A DNA stretch of 64,000 bases from Laetmonice hystrix. Lineage: Eukaryota. Shown here piece after piece: positions 37,601 to 50,912 of the stretch. Both the position numbers and the translations under genes were made by a program. Numbering within the stretch: the first letter of the stretch is position 1; the number at the start of each line of letters is the position of its first letter. Under the pieces are notes generated by a model. The model made no database searches. It worked only from the letters and a program-made list of their open reading frames with translations, and was not told the DNA's origin. Location: NCBI GenBank assembly GCA_965235115.1, contig OZ249442.1, positions 11,284,001-11,348,000 on the forward strand, written 5' to 3'.

Positions 37601-38221
37601 GGAGGGTGGTGACCCTTCAAATTCTTATGTGGCCCGATCAGGCGGTTGAACACGGCTGTTAGGTGTTATAGAACTTTCAGTTTGGTAGTGAGTGCCCCCA
37701 GCCGTGAGATCCCCAGACTGTAGGGGAGTGTTACACTTGGCAGGCTAGCGGCCCATGTGGACGGACCAACATTAGGCTTGGAGCCCAGTACCGAGCCGAG
37801 GTACCAGGAAAAGTTACCAGGCAAAGGTAGCTGGACACAGCTTGGCATCACTTTGTTCACGCACAAATTAACACGTGTTGGGAAGCAGTTCAAACCGTGA
37901 ACCTGCCCCGTAGGTACCTTGGTGACAGGGCTTTCAGTAGGTACCCTCCACCCCAACCCCTTCTGTTGCAGAATTCCGTCTATAGTAATTAACTGGGTTT
38001 CCTGGAGGAGAGGTGAAGGACTTGGGGAACATCCTAATGTAGTTCTCCTTGTGTGCTCGGTTGTATTTGTGTGATATTCTGATGAAGAGAGAATGTTGTA
38101 TGTTGGATGGTTTGAGTCTATCCAAACTCAATGGTAGTCGACCCAGGGATGATTTCATCTGTATGCCAGTGCATTACGTTGAGGACATATCGGTGCTCTG
38201 TAAGACCCTCCTTGTATGAAT

Positions 38222-38390
38222 TTGTCAGTTACTTGCTGAGTGCTGTATATACTGTTGGCGGTTTTCCTCGGGATTCTCTGGTTTCTTCCAGCAGTAAAAC
38301 TGACCGCCTTCATAATGACCCTGACTGTTGCGCAGGCGTAAAAACCCCAATCCAAATCCAATCCAAACTGCCTAAATTTGGGAACAGAAG
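38222..38390 (+). mobile_element. SINE 3' half resembling molluscan RUDI / V-SINE
   Basis: ttgtcagttacttgc...ggcggttttcctcgggattctctggtttcttccagcagtaaaactgaccgcc...gcgtaaaaacccc, then a short ccaaat tail. Matches my recollection of the V-domain consensus (GGTTTTCTCCGGGTACTCCGGTTTCCTCC...AAAACTGACCGCC); no database check was run. Confidence 0.6.
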
Positions 38391-40845
38391 TTAAGTTACA
38401 TATTCCGTGTTCATGCTCTGGAGATGGGTTATCTCATTCTTTATGTTCAGTGAGAGGAGGCTTTGCGGAGGAGGGGAGGGGATTAACTTCTGAACTGCCA
38501 TGATGTATATTACCCCCCCCCCACCCCCCCCCCACCCCCGCTGGTAGACTTTAAGTACGTACATGTTGAGTCAGGTCGTAGCATGAACAGATCGGATTAA
38601 TGGAGGTTGGTGTCGGATCGTTGAGCCATGGAGCAGTCAGGATCCACCACTGTACATAGACGATCATGGTTCCATTGCTTATCGTCAAACGTATTCATGC
38701 AGTGGTCACGACCTTAAAGCGATGCAGAGTCTCATCTGAAAAATATCGGCACCGGATCTGGTTGAACCAGGATATAATAGGTAGAAGCTTCAGAAAAAGA
38801 AAATAAATGTATTATATCCGATGTAGTTGTTGGTCACCTGGTGGGAGACAGGGGGATTACCAGCATGGTGGGGACCCGGATTAGAGTGTCCAGGCCACAC
38901 CGGTCGGCGCGATGGGGTGTTAAGGTCGGGGTCGGGGGTTAGTAGGGGAGGGAGGGGCGGTCCGCTATCCGGGCACTGACAGCTCCACTAACGAGGTCAG
39001 GGACGATGCCTGGACCTGTCATGGTCCCAACATCGTCTAACAGCATGGTCCCAACATCTTCTAGCAGCATGGCCCCAACATCTCCTAATATAAAGCCGTG
39101 AAATGCAGGTCTGTCACTCAGTCACCTTGTTATAAACACGGCCCTAACTATGAAACCAGACCGAGCATATATCGAAAAGGCAGCTGCGAATATTCCCATG
39201 GAGTCTCTAACATGGAAGGTGAAACCGAAACCAGTGGTTGCTGGAACAAGTAGGACTGTTCAATATTTGGTCGGTATGTATCAAAGATATTGGTGTGTAT
39301 ATATATAACTCCTTTTATTTCCTCTGAGAAAGTGGCAGGCAGAGAGCTAGAGTAAATATCGCTGAGAACCGGGAGATCTGAGACGGTAGTGGTGGCAGTG
39401 AATATTGCTCAGAATGACAGATCCTAGATCCGTGCGTAGCGGTGCTGGGGGAGGGTGGGGGTGTAGAAAGGGGTGGGGGTAGAGGAGGGGAGGGTGGGTG
39501 TGGATCAATGAACAGGCGCCCTCTGCACCGATCAGAGTGCGTAGATGGAAAGGTTCGGGCCACACTCACCATGCCACGGCAACCCGTGCCAAGACCACAT
39601 GATGCCAGGCTTTTATTTCGTCAGCGAGGTGAAAGGGAAATTTTAAGTTCAATATTTAATGTGCTTTAATGCTACGGTTGACTCTCAGTGATATTGTCCA
39701 TTATGGCGTCGATTCTGGTCGTGTTGAAAGTGAAAACATGTAAATAAATGCATTATTAATAAGCTGGATTTGAAGCAAATGGCTATTTTTTTAAATCCCT
39801 TAAAAGTACCTTTTACCGAACTTTGGTGCTGTATATATTGGTTGTCAGAAACACCGGCGGGACAAGGAGATTGGCTGAGAATCTGAATGGACGATTTCCC
39901 GCCATTTAGTAGCAGGGATGAATCTGGGCAGGTCACTGGTTGATAAGAAGGATGCGAGGGCAATAATTATCTTCATGACAGCCATGAAAATATCAAGGCG
40001 GCAAGGCATTGTGTAGGGTCGTGTGTTTCTAAAGACCAGTGTTTGATAAGAGCCAGGTGACCCGAGTTGGTTGTCAGCCTGCCGCAGTCTTACGCCAGCC
40101 AACGGCAGGTGCTTCATTCACTCAGTGGCCACTCCGAGACAACGGTAGACAACCTGCCTGCTTACCTTAGACCCCGCCCGTGACCTCACGGAGACATGAC
40201 CTCAAGCTAACGCCTGTGGTTGGCTCCATAATTGTGCACCGACCCATCAGATGCTGTAAGCTTTGCGGAAGCTCAGACCTGCGGAGCTCAGTGTTACAGG
40301 ACTGCAGGTACCTGTTACCAGAACCACCCACCAAGTTGTAAGTATTGATTTAATGACTTTAATACCCCTATACCATGGCAAGTCCCGTGGGGAAACATGT
40401 ACCGTAACTTTAAACGAGGCCAAGTGTAGACCATACCTGTGCATGATGTGGTGTTTGTTTTAAGCTTACTGGTACCTGGCAGTAAATTGCACAAGGAGAA
40501 AAACGATGTCTCGTGACCCGTTTCATGATATGAGTCACAGAATCCCCCATGAAATAGGTCAGTAATTCGTCGGTTAACTTAAGCGATGTTGCATGGTTTT
40601 AAGGATTTCAGGTTGGCAATGCCCAGGTCAATGTAGACCCGAGACATTATTGCGTGTATTGACTGGTTGACTGGTCAAGCGCAAACTAAAGTCAAACTGA
40701 AATATGATAACTTTGTGTAAATCGAACACTTCATAGTGATCCGTAAATGTAACGACATGAAAGAATGGCATAATTAATTTATGGACTACATTCTGGTAGC
40801 TTGTGAAAATTGTGTTCTCTCTCTCTCACACACAAGGTAGATCAG

Positions 40846-40928
40846 GGCCCGGTATTTAAAAATCTTAAGATCTTGCTTATGAGCTTAAGCAAGATCTTTA
40901 GTTAAGAAATATGTGTTTAAATCGGGCT
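40846..40928. mobile_element. Short MITE with CAG target-site duplication
   Basis: CAG|GGCCCGGTATTTAAA...TTTAAATCGGGCT|CAG; internal inverted AAGATCTTGCTTA...TAAGCAAGATCTT. Confidence 0.65.
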
Positions 40929-41201
40929 CAGGAGATTGCAGCGTTTTCTATTATCATATTTTGTCATCTTTTCCAAGGTTTGACTTCTGTAATAATTGAA
41001 TGCTGGCTAGGGCGGCTTAAATGTTGCTCGTTTTGCTGCCTGTCGCATTTCCTCCCATGGTAGGGTGAGCCGCGCTGAAAAGTTACCCTCATAGTCTGCC
41101 CGTTTCTCGAGACAACTAGTCAGGAGCTGTAACAGAGAGTAAGGTGGCTGATTGATCGTCCGTCTTTGAGCCACGCCATCCGTCTGTATGACTCTTTGAG
41201 T

Positions 41202-41684
41202 TAGTGGCATCAGAGACATAACGATGTCTGAAGGCGCCGCACACAGCATGTTAACACTACTGACATGAGCTCAGCGTAACCTGTGTACAGGGTGGAGGCT
41301 GCACAGCTCGCCTGTCAACTCCAACCTTAGTGGCATCAGAGACATAACGATGTCTGAAGGTGCCGCACACAGCTGCTGACATGAGCTCAGCGTCACCTGT
41401 GTACAGGGTGGAGGCTGCACAGCTCGCCTGTCAACTCCAACCTTGGTGGCATCAGAGACAAAACGATGTCTGAAGGTGCCGCACACAGCATGTTAGCACT
41501 ACTGACATGAGCTCAGCGTAACCTGTGTACAGGGTGGAGGCTGCACAGCTCGCCTGTCAACTCCAACCTTAGTGGCATCAGAGACATAACGATGTACACA
41601 GCATATTAGCACTACTGACATGAGCTCAACGTAACCTGTGTACAGGGTGGGGGGCTGCACAGCTCGCCTGTCAACTCCAACCTC
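41202..41684. repeat. ~128-bp tandem repeat, ~4 copies with internal deletions
   Basis: agtggcatcagagacataacgatgtctgaagg...gtgtacagggtggaggctgcacagctcgcctgtcaactccaacctt recurs at ~41202, 41330, 41446 and 41571. Confidence 0.92.
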
Positions 41685-43769
41685 AAGTCAATTTGCCTCA
41701 ACTCAATAGTCGCCCTGTCTGTAAAAACTCGAACTCCCCACGGGGAGGAGAACCTGAGACGAAACAGCTCTGATGGCCCGTGCTCCGGGCACCGACTGAT
41801 GAGGCGAGGACGGACCGTTTCTCATGATACCTTGTAGATGTTGACCCCAAGGATGAAAAGGCCCTCCACATCCAGGATGGCGGTGGGGTATGGATCCCCG
41901 TGGTTTCATTCCTAGGTAATTTGGCAGTTAGAACTATTAGAAGATGTTGGGAAGATCTATACACTAGTCTCAACATCCATACTCAATAACCCCCACAGCC
42001 AATTTCATGGGAATTTTACCCGGGGGGATTCACTGGATAGGGTGGGCATATCAGCCCCCCCCCCCCCCAAAAAAAAAAAAAAATGCTAGACATATTTGGG
42101 ACATAGCATATGTTTGCCTGTCAATTAAGGAAACATGATTCTGTTTTTGTCAGGAAGAATAAAAAACGATTACTGCGGTGATTTGAAGCTGGCGGTTGGT
42201 GTCGGAGAGTGGCGAGAGATAGGTTTGTGTGGGTTCCCGGGAGTCGGAAGGTATTAAGATATATTGGACCTAATTGGCGTCTAGACTAACGTGTACCTGT
42301 CTGTTTGAGAAAGCATCGCAGCAGGTGAGGACATTTCTCACATAATGTTTGGATTAGAAACACATTCTGAGGATGTTTTCCTCAGTGATGTTCTCCCTAA
42401 GCTGAAAGGATCTAGAATCATGACTATTGGCACAACACATGTCGTCACATGGAAAGGGTTTCCACTTGAATTATTACAGCATAAATCACGGTAACGATCC
42501 CCAAACAGTGTAGTTCTCTCGATGATAAGAATACAAACCGCTCCTCAGATATATTACCTCGGTTCCATCTGCTGACAGGCAGACAGTGCTCCAGGAATCG
42601 TATTATCCGCGTTGTGGCGCAGCAGATGTGAAAGAGGAAAATTTGCATCTAGAGTAGGCAGAAGACTACAAAGGGAACTTAGTATTATTTATTACTGTGG
42701 AGTATAAAATTGTTTGTATGTGTTAGTTAAAGGATCCTTGGGTCTGTGATGTAGTGAGCCTGGCACAGAACGGACAACTTGACGGTCACATGTCTGTGCT
42801 GAGTTGACATGGAGCTGATTGAGACGGAGAGGGGCGGGGGACATTGCGTTCTATTTTCCTTTTATATAGGGGGCGGCGGACGTCAGCTCTGGTGGCTGTC
42901 TCATGTATAGTTTGATCAAACCAGCCGAGCGTTGGCGGCCAAACTCCTGGCCGTCTCGAGTAATCAGATCTATAACAGCAAGACCAGCTCGCCAGGAAAC
43001 CATAGGGCACTGTTGTTATCAAGTCAAGACTTTAATGTCAGGATGGAGCGGTACACTGCCTGCGGGTGGTGTTAGGCGATTGTTCACACAGGAGACAGGC
43101 ATGGTTGAAGTTCCAGCTTGCTGATTACAGCTGCTTTAGATTGCTGCTGGATGCTGTAATTATTGTATTTGGCAAGGGGATACTGAGACGTGTTAGTTTG
43201 TGACAAATGGGAAGGACATGGACAGCAGCATTGCTGGCACTCACAGTTGGAGAGAATTCTGTCAACAACCTGCTAATTCCAACTGGAAATTAGGGCTGGG
43301 ATTCGGGAAAAGGAATCTGGCATCTTTTGCACACACTGGGTGGAACGGAGAGTAAGCGCTGGGATTTTGGAAGCCGATCGTGAAAAGATTTCGATTGCAA
43401 GCCAGTCCTCGTCGGAATCTGTCCATTATTGTGTTCGCCGCCCGGTGGGAAAGGGGGGAGGGTCGTGTGTGACTTGTGACTAAGTGAGTGAGTGGGGAGA
43501 TTCAAGAGAAAATTTGGTAAAGCCTCGAATCTGCTGCGTTTTCTGGCATGGATTCTTCACTGAAGGCCAGGGCCACAGCTGGCGCGTTCAATAATTCACT
43601 GAGCATTATCATCCGGGCAGTACTATAGGATTGTTCAGTCTCCTGTCGACCTGGGGTTTGTTGAATCTGCTGTATCCTTACACCCGGGAATATTGACTGT
43701 CAGCCCCAACCCGCAGCCTTGAGCTTTGATTAATTGCCAGTCCATCTCACAGCTTGGAAGATTTTCTGC

Positions 43770-44650
43770 CTTTACCCATAGCTTGGAGCAGTTAGCCAGC
43801 CCACAGTTTGGTAAACTGACCACCTTTACCCACAGCCTGGAGCACTTGGCCAGCCCACAGTTTGGTGAATTGACCACCTTTACCCACCGCCTGAAGAATT
43901 AGCCACCTTTCTTCAACATTGGGTGAATGAGAGTTGGTGGGTTTACGGCCTGTCGGCAACTAAGGTCATCTTTACGGCGAAAACAAGAGTAAAATATTGT
44001 AAAGTTAAAGGGACTTTTTGTCGCTCGGGTCTCCACGGGAGCCCCACGGCCTGGGGCAATTGTCCACCATAACGAAATCCTGGAGAGATTGGCCACTTTT
44101 GTTCTCAGCCTGGAGCAGCTGCTAATCTTATCCCACAGCCTGGAGGAGCTGCCAATCTTAACCCACAGCCTGAAGCAATTGGCGACATTTGTTATCATCC
44201 GCGAGGAGCTACCAATCTTAACCCACAGCCTGGAGGAGCTGCCAATCTTAACCCATAGCCTGGAGCAATTGGCCCCCTTTGTTATCAGCCTGGAGGAGCT
44301 ACCAATCTTAACCCACAGCCTGCCTGGAGGAGCTGCCAATCTTATCCCACAGCCTGGAGGAGCTGCCAATCTTATCTCACAGCCTGGAGGAGCTGCCAAT
44401 CTGGAGCAATTGGCCCCCTTTGTTATCAGCCTGGAGGAGCTACCAATCTTAACCCACAGCCTGCCTGGAGGAGCTGCCAATCTTATCCCACAGCCTGGAG
44501 GAGCTGCCAATCTTATCCCACAGCCTGGAGGAGCTACCAATCTTAACCCACAGCCTGGAAAAGCTGCCAATCTTATCTCACAGCCTGGAGGAGCTGCCAA
44601 TCTTAACCCATAGCCTGGAGGAGCTGCCAATCGTAACCCACAGCCTGGAG
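43770..44650. repeat. Related repeats: ~54-bp duplication (43770-43885) and 30-bp composite minisatellite (44081-44650)
   Basis: 30-bp unit CACAGCCTGGAGGAGCTGCCAATCTT(A/T)(A/T)CC interspersed with GAGCAATTGGCCCCCTTTGTTATC blocks; both parts share CCCACAGCCTGGAG. Confidence 0.88.
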
Positions 44651-47600
44651 TAATTTACTTTACTTTACTCACAACCTGGAAGAGTGAACGCTGAGATTTT
44701 CCTCTATATATCAGCAGTCGTTTTTCTTTCAAGTTGGTCCTCTATAGACACAGGGGCTGCACAGTTTGAATGTGATGCCAGATTCCTCGCCCGTGCGTTG
44801 GAAGTGACCTCCAGAAGACATCGCTGTCACAAGAGGTCATGAATCCCATTCCAGGGAGACATCTATTTTCTCGGCCACGTGAGGTGTTTGTGCCGCTGGA
44901 GGGGGGGGGGGGGGGAGTAGGGGGCAGCGATATGGCTAGAGTACGGCTTTCGCCAGAAGACAAATGGCACGGAAATGTCTTTGACAAAACGGGCAAAGAT
45001 AGCAGTGCCAGTCCCTGGCCAATTGCTGACTGACGTCTTCTGTGAGCGTGGTGCTACTGTTTGGCTGCAAGGTCATTACACCGTTCTCAAAAACCAAACA
45101 GAGGGCCTAGATACTTTTGCCTATCTTAAAGTGAACAGTAAGATGGACAGAATGGGGTCATTAAGGGTCAAAACATCCCCTGCAGAAGGAAATTGATTCC
45201 TCTAGTTTTCTCCATTTTTTCAAACGAGAACGTGAGATTGTATTTTATAGAAATTGACTTGCACCAAGTTCGACGTAAGAGAGCTTGTTTGGGAACGTGA
45301 GCCGTCTGGCCTGCCTTAGGATCAGCTGCTGACCGGTGGTCATCTGCAGGCCTCGGATTGACCACAATGAGTCGGACAATGTGCTGTTATTATTAGAACG
45401 GTTGTTGGGTTGGAAGGGGAGGTACGGCCACTGGGACAGATCAATCATGTTATCAGTGACAAGCTGTCATATGTGCACTAATTTGTAATAAGTTATGATT
45501 CCTGGACGGTTGACGACTCAGAGGTCACCGGCGCACTCAGACAACAGCCCTGTATACGTCGCAACCATTCCGGGTTGTTTTAAAGAAGAATTCCTGTTTT
45601 GCCGGTGAATGCAGGACATTGTGTTGTTTACGTGTAGGTTCCTACCGAGGCGCCCCCTATGGGAGTTAGACGTCGTTACCATATGACGTACTGTTCGGCC
45701 AGGTATAATGTGACGGATCAGACGACGTAAAGGTTTACTGTTAGTCACCCTGATAGATAACTCAAGGGACTCCCAAGTCCACCAATTATTGTCCATGCTG
45801 TCATCTACTGAGAGACAAGCTATCGGTCCTAACATCACGCGGATGGTAAGACCCTGGGGCCTATTCTGTCCCTTATAAGCTACCGGAAGCTCTCGTATGT
45901 CACCATGGCTTGCACCCCGAACAGTGTCAGTAAAAACTGAAAAGATCCACAGCGATACATGTGGATCTACAGATAATACTGTAACCAATGTACACATGTA
46001 AATGGTTCTCGAACCTGGCTTTACTAATGACCCAACAATAATTCTCTTGGAACATATCATATAGGACTTGCCAACATTTATAATGTAATAACCAGATGGA
46101 TTCACATTGTAATGGTGGGGTCGTTTCCCACATGACCTTTAGTCTTGAATAGGAACAGGTGTTTTTTCTAATGTCACTGTGGCATGTAAATAATCTGAAG
46201 GGTCATTTGGAGTTATAGGTCATGAAACTTTTACCTGTTAGCTAGAGAAATACATTTAGGTAAGAAACTGGCCCATTTTACTGTAAACATTGATTTGAAT
46301 GTTGAATGTGTTTACCCATCTATGGATGTTTTTATAATTAACCGATTTCCAGGCGTTTATGACCCACAGATTGTTGAGATTAGAAATGAGCATCACATTT
46401 ACACGTAATCCCTGCTCACTTCGTCATCGTCATTATCCCAGTGTTGTGTGATTCGGGTGACATCCATGATTCTATCCTCATGTCTGTGGATGGACAGGCA
46501 TAACGAGGGACTGTTCAGTAGCACGTAGAGTGTACCATCACATTGTGTTACCTAACGTTACTGAACGCCGTTTAGCCTATAACGTATAACGTTTTGTAGC
46601 GCTATATTCCACTGAACTGCCTGTCGTTTTCACCGGCCATTGTAAAAACGTTTACCTGTCAGTCCCGTTAGGTGCGTGGTTGGAAAATGTCAAAAAACAC
46701 GTTTAAAAAAAGACTCTGATCAACCTGAAGAACATGTGGGGATTCGTGTGAGGATAATAAAGTAATAGCCCCGCTGTTCTCAAACAGGATTGATTCATTT
46801 TGTGAAATTCTGCTGACTTGACAGACCGACTGCCATCCAGATACGAATAGAGCCATCCGAGATTTTTACGGCCCTGTCTGACCGAGCATGCATTGATATT
46901 GTGATTTATTCCCCTAATGCACGCTGAAACCCAACACCAGGTGAACCGGTAAAGTTACCCATTGTTGCCCAATTCTCCGATATCCGATTGCCAAGAGCAC
47001 ATTATGGCGAGGAAGAAGACAACCAACTATCTCGGCTCAGATTTATGAAACAGCAACTATTTTTAAAGTCATATCTCCACCTCTGCAGATCTTCTGCAGC
47101 TTTTCTGCAATCGGTAGGTCTGATCGTTACCAGTAGTAGACCGAGCTGTAGTAGACCGAGGTCCCCTACTCCGTATAAACGTATTCAACAGAAGTATAAC
47201 TTGTAACCTTTGTACTCTATATAATATGTGAAGGAGAAAATGCAACTGAAATCAGCTGAAACTAGAGACTGATAGATGTATTATCCTTAAAATCAGTTAA
47301 GGCACCCCAGTGTGTATTGACCTCCAGCGGCGCTATTGGTATGCTAGGTGGATTGTGGCTGCCAATAACAAGAGGATTAATATGCATGGGGATTAACGAC
47401 AGCCCCAGAATAACAGAACGCCTGGACCTGGTGTATAGAACTTAGAAGGTTCCCCTGGCTGACCCTGCTTCCAAATAGCCATGGCGACAGATCAGAATTT
47501 CTCAGTTGCATGGCTGCATGTACAGACCTTCGCTACGGTTTGGAGAGATGAGTTTATGACCCCTGTGTAGCAGTGCCGTGGGGAGAGGGCCAATAGGGGT

Positions 47601-49879
47601 TGGGGTAGGGGTGGGGGTGGGGGGAGTAGTGCAATATGGACTCAACCCCCATGGGATGGATGGATTGCTGAGCGACTGCTGACTGGGGGAGAGGTTATTA
47701 TCTGGATTAGTGTTACAGAGTTCTGGCGGCAGGAGTGTAGGGACCGTACGTTGATTCCTGTAGTGCTTAGGTTCCAGACGTAACTCTGAACCTATCGGGG
47801 GCGGACTGACGGGAAGGCCCAGGTTCTATCAACGGAGGCAGTCAGTCACACAGCTATCTGACCTGGCGGCAGGAATGGACATTAAAATTATTCACTGAAC
47901 TTAGGTAATCTGGTGGTGATATTTTGTGTGATACCAGTGCCCAAGGACCCCACACGTAGAAAGGAATGTCACTAGTTGATTTCCCACGTGACGGCTATTT
48001 GAGATACTGCGCATGTCCACGTGTATTTGTTTTGTATCGCACCTTGGCGTAATGATATATCGTGCAAAGAACAGTGACACTAGATTTTACCGCCAGGCCT
48101 TCGTCTTTTGAATGTCCAAAGTCAGTGGTGCTTTTTTAGGCTAGGTCCACCAATTTCAATTAGACAAGCATTGTATAAAATCCTTCATGAAGAGACAAAC
48201 TCCAGTTAATGTACCAACCAATTAGATTGATGTAAATTACGAAACAGACGACCAAAATGTCGAGGTCTCCAACCAGACGCCAGCCTCGCTTTGATTGATA
48301 TCTCGTGACCTCACACTTATTCGCGCGACATAACCTGCAACGCCCAGTTCATTTGACGCGCCTCAGGCTTTGGCTCGCTATATTATGCACTAACTAAAAC
48401 GTTTTCAGTTATATCCAATGAAAAAATGTGCACATAAAAGGAGAGGGATTGTAGGGACATGATGGCGAGTTGGCATTGTGACGTGTTAGCGTCTGAGCGT
48501 AACGTGTTGTGTGTTGGCACGTGGCCACGTCATGGGTTACCTGGGTTCAAAGTCCACCGCCAGGTGTCAGGTAACAGTGGTCACCCCCTCAATCAGATGA
48601 CCGCCATTTGGGGACAAGGTCATGCAGTATGGCCATACAGCGACACTTTCAATGGGTGAGTTATATTGTGATAATATTCTCGTAATGAAACGCATCCGGA
48701 GGTCAAATAGTTGACAGTGTCAATTCAGAGAGTCAACCTATTTGATGAGAGACCAAAGATTCTGTGCGTACGGTATCCATAGACGATAGGCTTAAGACGC
48801 TCTTGTGATCAAAGAGAAATAATAACCAAAGATATTAGCCGTAGGGAAGCATATGCAAAGTTCATCTCTATATTATGATTAAAATGAAGTATAAAAGGAA
48901 CAGGCCAGGGGAATATATGCGGACTGTTTTAAAAAGGCTTCGCATCTCACTTTTGTGCCCGTATAATTGGCGTGTTCAATACGTCTTAATAAACGTCGGT
49001 TTCGCTTGGCTAGCCTGCAGGAAGTCGCCGGTCCTGTTTAGTATTTACACCAACCGTGGATGTCAATAGCTTGTCGTAATGATTGACGTGTGTATCAGGA
49101 ATAGCTAGACAGCAGCCCAGCAGGATGATAAACAAGCTGAGGATGACACCTAAGTCATAACAGAGGAGCAGGAGATGGGGAGGTGGCTTACAGCCCGGCG
49201 GTATCATCCATAGATCCCCGCCTCTGTGAAGTAGAAAACTGTCAGATAGGCCCTGAAAAACATGGGTTTGATTATGTAAAGGGATATGACTTCTGACAGT
49301 GCACCGACCGCCACCTCGCCTCTGTACCAGGTCTGTACGGTAGAGGCCGACCATACTCCATCTTTACCATCCAGACCCAGGTCTGTGGGAACCAATTAAT
49401 GTACAGTCATCCTGAAAATGTTTTGTGGAAGACGCCCCTCATCTAGTAAGAGCCTGTTTTTATGGGTCACGGATGCATGAGAATATGATATTGGGAGTGT
49501 ACGGTATCTTTAAAAAAAGGGAGGCATTTGTAGCATGCTTGGAGAGGGCGAGGGTTAAGGGTGGGGTACGGGCAGTGTGTTGGGGGCCGACCACAGCGGC
49601 GGCGGCAGAGTCTCTCGGTAAACCGAGTCGACCACAATGAGAGGTAACCGCTATATAAGCCACTTTATCTGGCTGATATGACAACAGTTGTGAGCACATA
49701 GGCCTCCTGTGCCAAAACCTTCCTAACCCAGGAAGTCTGTGGTTCTATTCCCCTACCTATAACATCCTCAGGAAAAGACATTTCTATTTCTAACCCTAAC
49801 CGCTCCGCATTCCGTGGGAATTTATCCATAGGGAATGATGACAGTTTGCGCTCTGCATATATCACAGGATTAGGGGCAA

Positions 49880-50095
49880 GACCTCCCGTTTCCAGGCAGG
49901 GCTCCTGTTTCCTACAAGACGTCCGTTTCTGAGCAAGGCTCCCGGGCAAGGCAAGACCCCCGTTTCCGGGCAAGGCAATGCCCCGTTTCCGGGCAAGGCA
50001 ATGCCCCGTTCCGGGCAAGGCTCCCGGGCAAGGCAAGACCCCCGTTTCCGGGCAAGGCAATGCCCCGTTTCCGGGCAAGGAACCCGTTTCCAGGC
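49880..50095. repeat. GC-rich ~23-bp composite tandem repeat
   Basis: Units GGGCAAGGCAATGCCCCGTTTCC, GGGCAAGGCAAGACCCCCGTTTCC and GGGCAAGGCTCCC. Confidence 0.85.
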
Positions 50096-50119
50096 AAGGT
50101 GCTTAATGGATTCAAGCAG

Positions 50120-50912
50120 AGTGTTGAGACTGGTGCTCTCTTCATGTCTCCCCTCTGACCAATCACAGTGTTGAGACTGGTGCTCTCTTCATGTCTCCCC
50201 TCTGACCAATCACAGTGTTGAGACTGGTGCTCTCTTCATGTCTCCCCTCTGACCAATCACAGTGTTGAGACTGGTGCTCTTTTCATGTCTCCCCTCTGAC
50301 CAATCACAGTGTTGAGACTGGTGCTCTCTTCATGTCTCCCCTCTGACCAATCACAGTGTTGAGACTGGTGCTCTCTTCATGTCTCCCCTCTGACCAATCA
50401 CAGTGTTGAGACTGGTGTTCTCTTCATGTCTCCCCTCTGACCAATCACAGTATTGAGACTGGTGTTCTCTTCATGATTCCCCTCTGACCAATCGCAGTGT
50501 TGAGACTGGTGCTCTCTTCATGTCTCCCCCCTGACCAATCACAGTGTTGAGACTGGTGCTCTCTTCATGTCTCCCCTCTGACCAATCACAGTGTTGAGAC
50601 TGGTGCTCTCTTCATGTCTTCCCTCTGACCAATCACAGTATTGAGACTGGTGCTCTATTCATGTCTCCCCTCTGACCAATCAAAGTGTTGAGACTGGTGC
50701 TCTCTTCATGTCTCCCCTCTGACCAATCACAGTGTTGAGACTGGTGCTCTCTTCATGTCTCCCCTCTGACCAATCACAGTATTGAGACTGGTGCTCTCTT
50801 CATGTCTCCCCTCTTACCAATCACAGTGTTGAGACTGGTGCTCTCTTCATGTCTCCCCTCTGACCAATCACAGTGTTGAGACTGGTGCTCTCTTCATGTC
50901 TCCCCTCTGACC
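50120..50912. repeat. 47-bp minisatellite, ~17 copies, each with a CCAAT box
   Basis: Unit CACAGTGTTGAGACTGGTGCTCTCTTCATGTCTCCCCTCTGACCAAT; period 47 (50164/50211). Confidence 0.98.

Noticed and set aside
43899-44630. 243-aa and 174-aa overlapping repetitive ORFs (superficially LRR-like)
   Set aside because: Both are frames of a 30-bp minisatellite open on both strands, with no splice or domain support.
45518-46105. 195-aa minus-strand ORF, the longest non-repeat ORF outside the LINE
   Set aside because: No recognisable motif, no convincing splice or promoter context; an ORF of this length can occur by chance.
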